The notes: generated by a model not told the origin, from the letters alone. A stretch of 52,405 nt of DNA from Syntrophomonadaceae bacterium (GCA_003550645.1 PUKV01000040.1:1-52405); one strand, 5' to 3'; positions 44,304-52,198 are shown, counted from the stretch's first letter. Numbers and translations are program-made.

Positions 44304-46109
44304 TTATTTTTCCCAGGGGAGAATTTTTACTTCAAATTCTTGCTGATCAAGGATTAAACGGACATTATTCATATTTTGCTCACAGCGGTATTCCGTTGCC
44401 CCAAACTTGATTCTAATATTTTCATAAACACTGCCCAGGTGAACCCGGCTCTTGTAGGTCACATGGATCTGCCCTTGTTCTGATCCGGCCCGGGGAGAAC
44501 CCGCTTCACCTATAAACACATCTCCCCCGGCTTTAATTATGCCACCGCGGAATAAACGGGCCACCCTGACTTCCCCACCGCAGCTCATGCTAGAATTATA
44601 TACACCGGCCCCGGTAATGATGATGTTGCCCGTTGATATGAGGATGCTGTTTTGAACATAAGGAACAGTAATATCGGCTTTGTCCAACCTTTGTTCACGC
44701 CCCTGCTTTAAGCGTTCCAGTTTATCCAGGATTTCACGCAATATGGGCCGATTCAGCGATTGGCTGTATTGAAAATCGGTAAAATTGGGGGCGATATCGT
44801 TAATTGATCGGGCCAGGTTTTCAGGAAGCGATCGCCCGGCCTCTTTTATAGTTTTCATTAAGGAACTGGCATATTCGGGTAGTTCGGCAAACTTGCTCTG
44901 AAGCAAAGAACGAACCACGGCAGCTTCCATCTGATCGGTGTGTTTGCCTCTTTTTTCGAGTGCTTTGGTTACTTCATCGGAAGCATCCAGGGCGCTGGCA
45001 ACACTCTCCGTCATTTTATCCAGGGTTGAATAAATATCCTGCAAAAGCATGTTGACCCAGCCAGCCTGGACTTTACATTTGATGCAATTGCCTTTTAATA
45101 ATACGTTCCCCCCGGCCAATATTTCCGCGCCCGAAGTATTTTCACCTATTTCAATATCTCCATCAGCAGAAACCTTCATCCCTTCAGTGATTTCGCCCTG
45201 AGCTTTAAAATGACCCCTGAAGTCAATGTTGCCGCTTTTGATATCAACATCACCTTTATGGGTATAGACATTATCAACCCTAAAACTGTGGACACGGCCT
45301 TTTTTATATAAAGGAACTCCGGTACGGGTGGCCAAAACCTGCTTCTGATCACTGCTGATCTCGGTACCGCTGTCGCAATTGACTTCTGCAGCTGCTACAG
45401 GATCCGGGTAAATCTCGCGGCCAGTCACACTCATGCCTGTTTTACCGGGTTGCGGGGGATGGATGTAGGCGATTATATCGCCGCTTTTCACCTGGACTAT
45501 CTCATAACGCTTTCTAAAATCAACCTGACTTTCCTGCTCATCATAAGTAACTGTTTTCTTTCCCCCTTTAAAAAGGGGCTCAACCCCGCCATTCTCGCCC
45601 TGCCTGGCCGGCTCTCCTGCTGCTACCGTGTACCAGCTCCCGCCATCTTCAAGCATTTGCTCCACTGCGTTCATATTAATACCAAAGATAATACCTTCTT
45701 TTTTTAGGGCCTCAAGTGCATCGTCAATATGCAGTGATTTATAGCTTTCCTCACACAGGACCCCTTCTACAACCAGGTCTTCAGTGTATGGATGATCTTC
45801 AACCCGGTAGATCTTTTTAAGACCGGGAATCCAGCGGGCAGTAACTTTTAACTGATCAGCAGAAATTTTTATCTCGAACCGGTCGGGGACGATCTCTTCT
45901 TCAACTTTAATAACAGCATTGTCTCCCGGGAAAACTTCACTTTTATTTGATATTTCCTGGTCGTTTATAAAAACCTTAACCCCCCTGCCGGGACGAATAG
46001 TTGCCCCTTCAATCCCATCTTCAGGACCGGTGATAACAACCTTGCCCTGATCCAGGGCCAGCAGTACCTTTTCTTTAGAGACGTTTTTGCTGTTGTCTTG
46101 AGGTCTCAT
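44304..46109 (-). CDS. fapA: FapA-family (DUF342) flagellar assembly protein A-like protein
   Basis: 601 aa. The central beta-helix-like repeats (IKSGNIDFRGHFKAQGEITEGMKVSADGDIEIGENTSGAEILAGGNVLLKGNCIKCKVQAG) and overall length match DUF342 proteins. Confidence 0.78.
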   Translation of the reverse strand: MRPQDNSKNVSKEKVLLALDQGKVVITGPEDGIEGATIRPGRGVKVFINDQEISNKSEVFPGDNAVIKVEEEIVPDRFEIKISADQLKVTARWIPGLKKIYRVEDHPYTEDLVVEGVLCEESYKSLHIDDALEALKKEGIIFGINMNAVEQMLEDGGSWYTVAAGEPARQGENGGVEPLFKGGKKTVTYDEQESQVDFRKRYEIVQVKSGDIIAYIHPPQPGKTGMSVTGREIYPDPVAAAEVNCDSGTEISSDQKQVLATRTGVPLYKKGRVHSFRVDNVYTHKGDVDIKSGNIDFRGHFKAQGEITEGMKVSADGDIEIGENTSGAEILAGGNVLLKGNCIKCKVQAGWVNMLLQDIYSTLDKMTESVASALDASDEVTKALEKRGKHTDQMEAAVVRSLLQSKFAELPEYASSLMKTIKEAGRSLPENLARSINDIAPNFTDFQYSQSLNRPILREILDKLERLKQGREQRLDKADITVPYVQNSILISTGNIIITGAGVYNSSMSCGGEVRVARLFRGGIIKAGGDVFIGEAGSPRAGSEQGQIHVTYKSRVHLGSVYENIRIKFGATEYRCEQNMNNVRLILDQQEFEVKILPWEK

Positions 46110-46164
46110 ATCATATCCCCCGCAAGTTTAGATTAAACATCCTGCTTGACGTCACGACTGTTAT

Positions 46165-46173
46165 ATTATAACA
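46165..46173 (-). promoter_or_regulatory. Extended -10 element (TGTTATAAT) upstream of fapA
   Basis: The minus strand reads GGTGTTATAATATAAC, 56 nt upstream of the fapA ATG. The -35 is poor (TTCGCT). Confidence 0.4.
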
Positions 46174-46205
46174 CCTTCTGGTAGCATAGCGAACTTATCG
46201 CTTAT

Positions 46206-46332
46206 GTCGTGAATTAGTTTTTGCAGTTTTTGCTAAGCTATGAAGATAGATTTGTCATCTTCTCTTCGTCCTGAGCTGCGCTATGAAAATATCGAAAAGT
46301 CTCCATACCGCCGCTTAAAACCTACGCTGTAG
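46206..46332 (-). repeat. Copy B of the dispersed intergenic element (between comFB-like and fapA)
   Basis: Minus strand TTTTAAGCGGCGGTATGGAGACTTTTCGA...AGCGCAGCTCAGGACGAAG...hairpin GAAGAT-GACAAATCT-ATCTTC...ATAGCTTAGC...CTAATTCACGAC. The same block order as copies A and C. Confidence 0.6.
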
Positions 46333-46343
46333 TAAAGTAACTT

Positions 46344-46604
46344 TTAGTGACGCGGTTTTTTTTGAACCAGTTTTACGGCATCAAGGACTATGGCTAAAAC
46401 ATCCAGGTCCTTTTGCATAGCCAGTAAATCAGCGCGGCCGTATGATTCACCTTTACTTGAAACTACGTATCGCGGAGGAATTTTATTCAGGGCAATAGCA
46501 CTAATATCGAGACGGCATTGCTGGCAGGTGCAAAAGTCGTGGTGCTTCTTGATGTCCTCAATAGTATTGGACACTACATCTTCAATCAAGTTTTTTAATT
46601 CCAT
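46344..46604 (-). CDS. ComFB-family protein
   Basis: MELKNLIEDVVSNTIEDIKKHHDFCTCQQCRLDISAIALNKIPPRYVVS matches the ComFB fold signature (CxC..C cluster). The ATG at 46604 follows AAGGGAG. The ORF also permits starts at 46637 or 46640, overlapping the HD-GYP stop. Confidence 0.78.
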   Translation of the reverse strand: MELKNLIEDVVSNTIEDIKKHHDFCTCQQCRLDISAIALNKIPPRYVVSSKGESYGRADLLAMQKDLDVLAIVLDAVKLVQKKPRH

Positions 46605-46636
46605 CAGGTTCCATCTCCCTTTTTTGGTTAAATACA

Positions 46637-47758
46637 TCAAGAAGAAGGATTTCGTAACAGCCGTTCCGGAAGCTCATGTTCTTCATAAACCCGCTCCACT
46701 GTGACGTTTAGGGTAGTAAGTAAATCAATTTCATAGCACTCAACCGGAGAAAAACTTTCTTTTTCTGCTATGACCCTGACCCGGGGTCTGGTTGGATAAC
46801 CGCTGGTATTATGGACTACCACCCCGACGTAACCATTATCAAGGCTAATTATAGTACCAACCGGGTACGCGGCGATATGATGATAAAAAGTTTGCATGAC
46901 CTGCATATCATACCCCTCGCACTCTTCCTCCATGATTTCCATGGCCTGGTGGGGCTTAAAACCCTGCCGGTAAGGGCGATCTGAAACCAGGGCGTCATAA
47001 ACATCGGCAACTGCACATATTTTGGGATAGCGTTCAATTTCATCTCCATGCAATCCCTGCGGATAACCTTTACCGTTTATCCTTTCGTGGTGCTTATAAA
47101 TAATTGCTAAAGATGGCCCATTAAAAAAATGCCTCCCTTTTACAAGTTCAAGACCGTAAAGTGGATGTTTTTCAATCTCCAACCGCTCTTCTTCCAGCAA
47201 ACGGCCAGGTTTATTTAATATGCTTAAAGGAACTACAACCTTACCTAAATCATGCAAAAAAGCGCCTATCCCCATATGTTTTAGCTCTGTTCTATTCATT
47301 CCCAGGGAAATCCCGGTCATAATCGATAAAACAGCCACATTTACTGAATGCGAAAAAGTGTAGTCATCAGTGTACCTTATATCGGATAAATTGACCGTTA
47401 AATTCTCATTACCTAGCAGCTGGTTAATAATATCATCAAGTATATCTGTCAATTCCTGCCTGGCCGTCACCAGTTTTGACAGCTTCGGGCGTTGATATTC
47501 TTTTAAAGCGGTCAGGGTAGAACGGACCATGTTAATAGCCTTTTCCCTAGTTTCTTCGAGAATGACATCTTCCACCATAACATCGGGAATTAAATCATCG
47601 TGAATGTAAACCGCCCTGACATTGAGTTTTTTCAATTTCTGTATATAATCCATCTCCAGCTGAACCCCGACATTCAAAAGGGGGGCACCGCTGTTGCTGG
47701 CTACTTTTTTCGCAACTTCCATCCCCGGACGCAAAGCCCAGACAGGTACCAACCGCAT
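46637..47758 (-). CDS. HD-GYP domain c-di-GMP phosphodiesterase
   Basis: 373 aa. HSVNVA, GAFLHDLGK, HHERINGKGYPQGL (HD-GYP signature) and DVYDALVSDRPYR. Confidence 0.88.
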   Translation of the reverse strand: MRLVPVWALRPGMEVAKKVASNSGAPLLNVGVQLEMDYIQKLKKLNVRAVYIHDDLIPDVMVEDVILEETREKAINMVRSTLTALKEYQRPKLSKLVTARQELTDILDDIINQLLGNENLTVNLSDIRYTDDYTFSHSVNVAVLSIMTGISLGMNRTELKHMGIGAFLHDLGKVVVPLSILNKPGRLLEEERLEIEKHPLYGLELVKGRHFFNGPSLAIIYKHHERINGKGYPQGLHGDEIERYPKICAVADVYDALVSDRPYRQGFKPHQAMEIMEEECEGYDMQVMQTFYHHIAAYPVGTIISLDNGYVGVVVHNTSGYPTRPRVRVIAEKESFSPVECYEIDLLTTLNVTVERVYEEHELPERLLRNPSS

Positions 47759-47806
47759 TTAACCTGATCAACTCCCAGGATTATATACTTTAATAGATCT
47801 TAATAA

Positions 47807-47930
47807 CACTACAGTGAAGCTGCGGTCGTGACTTAGGGTTAGCTAAGCCACGGGGAAAGTTCCATTCGCTTCCCTTCGGCCTACGCTGCGCTGCAGGATG
47901 CTCGAAATGTCTCCATGGCGCCGCTTTAAT
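47807..47930 (-). repeat. Copy C of the dispersed intergenic element (5' region of the HD-GYP gene)
   Basis: Minus strand TTAAAGCGGCGCCATGGAGACATTTCGAGCATCCTGCAGCGCAGCGTAGGCCGAAGGGAAGCGAATGGAACTTTCCCCGTGGCTTAGCTAACCCTAAGTCACGACCGCAGCTTCACTGTAGTG. It ends 49 nt upstream of the ATG at 47758. Confidence 0.6.
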
Positions 47931-47955
47931 ATTAATCCATTCACTGCTACTAATA

Positions 47956-47981
47956 AAATCGGCATATCAACTGATAATTTA
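47956..47981 (-). promoter_or_regulatory. Candidate sigma-28 (FliA/SigD) promoter upstream of element copy C and the HD-GYP gene
   Basis: Minus strand TAAA (47978-47981), 14-nt spacer, GCCGATTT (47956-47963), compared with the consensus TAAA-N15-GCCGATAA. Confidence 0.4.
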
Positions 47982-48115
47982 ACAGCTGCAACAGAATAAA
48001 CCTGCTTTATAATACAATGAATCCACAGCGGAAGCCTGCAGCTGAACCACTGATATTAACCGAGATTAACCGTCACCAGGCTAATACACAGTACGGCTGA
48101 TAAGAAATTAAATTT

Positions 48116-49648
48116 TTAAATTTGTTCTTCTTCAAGCTTAATGGGGCCCAGGCCCAATAACCAAAATCCATTTTTTGCCCTACCATTTTCAGGAACCAGT
48201 CTTCCATAACCAAACCGGCTCCCTAATAACCATTTTCCGGTAAAACGTTCACCGGAGGCCGGGTTACAGGTGCCGTAACCATGGCGCAGTCCTCTCCACC
48301 ACCGCCCCCGGTATGTACTTCCATCCGGCCAGGTCCTGACACCCCAACCCTGAAATTTGTCAAATGCAAATTCGCCCTCGTATGTTCCTTTACCTGCAAA
48401 TATACAGTATCCGTAGCCATGCATCATCCCGGCATTCCAGCTGCCGCGCCAGCTAGAACCACCCTCCTTTTCCAGGCAACCTTCGCCATGATATAAATTG
48501 TTTTTAAAATAACCTTCATAATAATCTCCGTTTGGGTAACGATACAGGCCAAACCCTTCGATCAAGTCTTCCCGCCAATCTCCCCTGTACTCAGAACCAT
48601 CTTTCCAGACCATAACACCTTGCCCGTGCTTTTTACCATTTTTAAAATCCCCTCTATATTTAGCCCCATTCTTATAATTAACTGCACCCTGCCCATTAGG
48701 TCGGGCATTTTCCAGTTCGCCGCTGTAAAATGAGCCATCTGGAAAAAAGTAAGTGCCACCCTCCTGTGCCGCACCTTCTATAAAAGTTCCAACAAATCGA
48801 GATCCATCCCGATAATGAATAGTTCCTTTTCCATGAGGCCGGTTCTTTTTACAATCCCCCTTATATTTTGAACCGTCAGGATATAAACATTTTCCGCTTC
48901 CACTGTTTCTTCCATGTTCAAAAAAGCCTCTGAATTGTGTGCCATCGGCAAAGAAAACAGTACCTTTGCCGTGAGGCAAACCGTCTTTCAACCTGCCTTT
49001 GTACAAGGCATTTTCTGGAAAATAAAAATGACCTTTATCTGCAAACTGTCCTTGCTTAAAATAACCTGCATATTTAGATCCATTAGCGAAATAATAAATT
49101 CCACGACCGTCCAGGCGGTTACCCCGCCACTGCCCTTCGTACCTGCGGCCATCGGGCCATATTTGAGTCCCGGTTCCATCCCGCAGGTCCTCAAACCACT
49201 GACCTTTATAACTTTTTCCGTTAGGCCAGATCATTTTACCTTCCCCATGTCGGTAAGCATTTCTCCACTCACCAATATATTTTCTTCCATCAGGCCAGGT
49301 AAAAGTACCGTGCCCTTCATATAAGCCGTTTACGAATTCGCCTTCGTATTTTTCACCACCAGGCCAGTAATAAGTTCCCAGGCCATGCATCTGGTCATTT
49401 TTCCATTCTCCAACATATTTCCGCCAATCGGCAAACAGGTACGTACCCCGGCCGTGCATCTTGTCCTCTTTCCAGTGCCCCTCGTACTTATCCCCATTGG
49501 ACCATACAAATGTTCCTTCACCGTGGAACAGGCCGTTTTTCCACTCGCCACTGTACCTGCTGCCATCCGGCCAGATAACGGTACCGCGGCCATGCGGCTT
49601 TTTATTTAATAATTCTCCCTTATATTCTCCATTTCCGGCCAGTTTCAT
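48116..49648 (-). CDS. MORN-repeat protein (21 uninterrupted 23-aa repeats)
   Basis: 510 aa. A Y-x-G-x-(W/F)-x-x-x-x-x-x-G-x-G pattern repeats every 23 residues from YKGELLNKKPHGRGTVIWPDGSR to FTGKWLLGSRFGYGRLVPENGRA. I see no signal peptide or TM segment. Confidence 0.85.
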   Translation of the reverse strand: MKLAGNGEYKGELLNKKPHGRGTVIWPDGSRYSGEWKNGLFHGEGTFVWSNGDKYEGHWKEDKMHGRGTYLFADWRKYVGEWKNDQMHGLGTYYWPGGEKYEGEFVNGLYEGHGTFTWPDGRKYIGEWRNAYRHGEGKMIWPNGKSYKGQWFEDLRDGTGTQIWPDGRRYEGQWRGNRLDGRGIYYFANGSKYAGYFKQGQFADKGHFYFPENALYKGRLKDGLPHGKGTVFFADGTQFRGFFEHGRNSGSGKCLYPDGSKYKGDCKKNRPHGKGTIHYRDGSRFVGTFIEGAAQEGGTYFFPDGSFYSGELENARPNGQGAVNYKNGAKYRGDFKNGKKHGQGVMVWKDGSEYRGDWREDLIEGFGLYRYPNGDYYEGYFKNNLYHGEGCLEKEGGSSWRGSWNAGMMHGYGYCIFAGKGTYEGEFAFDKFQGWGVRTWPDGSTYRGRWWRGLRHGYGTCNPASGERFTGKWLLGSRFGYGRLVPENGRAKNGFWLLGLGPIKLEEEQI

Positions 49649-49789
49649 AAAATTTTACAGTCCCTCACTTATTATAACTACTCAGGCATAACCCGCCATG
49701 CCACACGAACCGTCCTCACGGCGCCGCTGGTGATTCATATATTTCTTCAGAAAGTTATCTTTTTCCTTCATCACGAAGCTGCAGAATTG

Positions 49790-50551
49790 CTATCCGGCCG
49801 TTACATCAGGTAATTCCCGGCCCTTTTTCTTGCGCCAGGAGAGGTAAACCATAAAGATCCCCAGTTCGTACAAAAGCATCAGGGGAATTGCCATTAATAC
49901 CTGGGAAAATATATCAGGTGGAGTGAGGATTGAAGCAAATATGATGATTATCAGCAGGGCAAATTTTCGGTTCTTCCTTAAAAATGTAGTCGAAATCAAA
50001 CCGATACTGCCCAGGAACCAAAATAAGACCGGCATCTGAAACACCAGGCCAAATGAAAGCATAAAAGAAGTTGTAAATGACAGGTAACGGGCAATACTGA
50101 AACTGGGCACAAGGTCGGCTCCAGAAAAACCTACAAAAAAGTTTAAGGCAAAAGGCAGGACAACGAAATAGGCAAATGAAAGTCCCATGGCGAAAAGAAG
50201 GTACATAACAAAGGTCAGCAGGATTGCAGAGCGGCGCGGTTTGCCGGTTGCGGTGATTGCCAGGGCCAATAACTGGTACAAAATCAGTGGCAAAGTAACA
50301 ATGCCGCTGGTAACAAATGCCAGGCGCAGGTTGGCCAGGAGTGCTTCAGAAGGTGTCAGGAAAATTAGCTGAAGATCAAGGCCTCCTTCCTCAAGCCCCG
50401 CATAGGCCATATCGGCAGGCATTAACAGGATATACCTGACTTGATCACTGAATGTGAAACTGATTATAGCAAAAAGAAAAACTGCCCCCGCAATAATCAT
50501 CAGGCGTATGCGCAGCTCTTCAAAAAGACGGATTAACTTTTCTCTTTCCAT
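49790..50551 (-). CDS. tatC: Twin-arginine translocase subunit TatC
   Basis: 253 aa with six predicted TM helices. The N-terminal LFEELRIRLMIIAGAVFLFAII resembles the TatC HLxELRxRL motif. Confidence 0.8.
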   Translation of the reverse strand: MEREKLIRLFEELRIRLMIIAGAVFLFAIISFTFSDQVRYILLMPADMAYAGLEEGGLDLQLIFLTPSEALLANLRLAFVTSGIVTLPLILYQLLALAITATGKPRRSAILLTFVMYLLFAMGLSFAYFVVLPFALNFFVGFSGADLVPSFSIARYLSFTTSFMLSFGLVFQMPVLFWFLGSIGLISTTFLRKNRKFALLIIIIFASILTPPDIFSQVLMAIPLMLLYELGIFMVYLSWRKKKGRELPDVTAG

Positions 50552-50583
50552 GACACTCTTATGTAAGCTTCCTCTCGATTTTT

Positions 50584-51393
50584 TTAGTCAAAATACAGGT
50601 CTTCTTCGACATCCTCTTCACTCTGCAGGTAATTGAGGTAATTATGAGCTTCCGCGTATATCCAGCTGTCTTCCGGTTCATCTTCCAGGATCTCTTCAAG
50701 CACAGATTTGGCTGTAGCTTGATCACCAAGGTATTCTCCCAATAAAAAAGTGTAATACAGGTGTTCTTCATTGTCGGCAGTACCTTCTACGACCTTGCTT
50801 TCCAGGTACCCAAAAAGCCATTCAACCTCTTCCTGGTAGAGTTCTTCCCTGTCTTCAGTATCAAGCAGGGTAATCAAGGAGAGGTGAACCATTGGATCCG
50901 GATCTTCGCGCAGCATATCCTGCAGGTCACTTATTTCTTCTGTTATTTCAGCTTCTTCTATTCCCTGTTCTTTATAATGGTTGACCAACTCCAGGCGAAA
51001 CTGCGGGTTATCCGGCTCAATTTCAACCAGGGTCTGGTAAATAGAAAGCAGTCTTTCCTCGTATTCTTCAACAACTTCCATGTCATCAAAGTACATCTGC
51101 TTAATCAGGCTTAAATAACGGTAATTTTCAGCCAGTTCCTGGAGTACCGCTGGACTGGGGTCATGTTCATCTATGTGTTCTTCCAGGCGCTCTACCTCTC
51201 CTTTGTAATGAGCCAGGTAGTCTTCCGGTTCTGGGTCGGCCTGCTGGTTCATAACGGCACCATCTCCACCCAGCGCATGGCCAAGATAACCTCCCACCAC
51301 AGAAGCTAACATGCCAAAAGCCAGGACAGCAGCCACAACAGCCGCCCAGCGTTGTCTTTTTAAGTCTCTTGGTCTTTCAGTCTTTTTAGCCAC
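50584..51393 (-). CDS. Hypothetical single-pass membrane protein with an extremely acidic helical-repeat domain
   Basis: 269 aa with GTG start after GGAGG. Basic N-terminus, then a TM helix (WAAVVAAVLAFGMLASVVGGYL), followed by a domain rich in E/D and Y/L. Confidence 0.5.
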   Translation of the reverse strand: MAKKTERPRDLKRQRWAAVVAAVLAFGMLASVVGGYLGHALGGDGAVMNQQADPEPEDYLAHYKGEVERLEEHIDEHDPSPAVLQELAENYRYLSLIKQMYFDDMEVVEEYEERLLSIYQTLVEIEPDNPQFRLELVNHYKEQGIEEAEITEEISDLQDMLREDPDPMVHLSLITLLDTEDREELYQEEVEWLFGYLESKVVEGTADNEEHLYYTFLLGEYLGDQATAKSVLEEILEDEPEDSWIYAEAHNYLNYLQSEEDVEEDLYFD

Positions 51394-51463
51394 TCTTTAT
51401 AACCTCCGGATTAGATATTACAAAATTCTTTTTAAAGTTTTACTTCCACTCAATAACGGGGTT

Positions 51464-52174
51464 TCAATCCAGTTTGACCAGCAAACGCCCGCAGTTTTCA
51501 CAATACACCATTGCACTCGGATTGTAAAGATGGCCTCTATGCGCTGAAGATATAAAAACCCGGCAGCCGCCGCAGATATCATCAACAACCCTGGCTAAAG
51601 CTTTTCCCTGGTGCTTTTCAGCCAGGCTTTGATATTTATCCAGGTACTTTTGATCTATTTTTCCTGCCAGTTCTCCTCTCCGGGCCTGCATTTCTTCAAG
51701 GTCCTGATTTAAATCGCTTAATTTATCTTGAAGTTGTTTTTCCTTCTTATTCAAATCTTCCCGGGCCTGGTTAATTTGTTTCTCAATATCGTTAAGCTCT
51801 GATTCCAGGCTTTCAATTGATTCCATCAAGTTTAGCATTTTATCTTCCAACTTAACTCTATCCCCGGCAAGCAAATCAACTTTGCGCTGCATCTGCTCCA
51901 GTTCTTTAACACTGGTTACTTTACCCCCGTACATACTGTCTTTTAGTTCATTAATGTGTTCAACAATAGTTTGCTCTTCTAATTCCATTTGCTTTAATTG
52001 TTTGCGATCTGATTTTAACTGGTCCGCTTTTTCAGAAAAATCATCTTCCAGGTTCTCCAGGTACTCTTTTGCTTCATGGACTCCACTTAAACCGGGAGCT
52101 TCTTCAATTTTTGATTGCAGATCACTTATGGAGAGGTCAAGTTCCTGTAATTTCCATAACAGCTGCAGTTGCAA
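51464..52174 (-). CDS. Coiled-coil protein with a C-terminal C4 zinc ribbon (COG1579 family)
   Basis: 236 aa with TTG start after GAGAGGAG. A long coiled coil followed by CGGCRVFIS...VYCENCGRLLV. Confidence 0.75.
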   Translation of the reverse strand: MQLQLLWKLQELDLSISDLQSKIEEAPGLSGVHEAKEYLENLEDDFSEKADQLKSDRKQLKQMELEEQTIVEHINELKDSMYGGKVTSVKELEQMQRKVDLLAGDRVKLEDKMLNLMESIESLESELNDIEKQINQAREDLNKKEKQLQDKLSDLNQDLEEMQARRGELAGKIDQKYLDKYQSLAEKHQGKALARVVDDICGGCRVFISSAHRGHLYNPSAMVYCENCGRLLVKLD

Positions 52175-52198
52175 GCTTAAACACTCCTCTCGGGTATT

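Noticed and set aside
48116-49648. Periodic nucleotide repetition that might suggest a CRISPR array or satellite
   Set aside because: The 69-nt periodicity is protein-level (MORN repeats) within one long intact ORF. There are no identical direct repeats with unique spacers.
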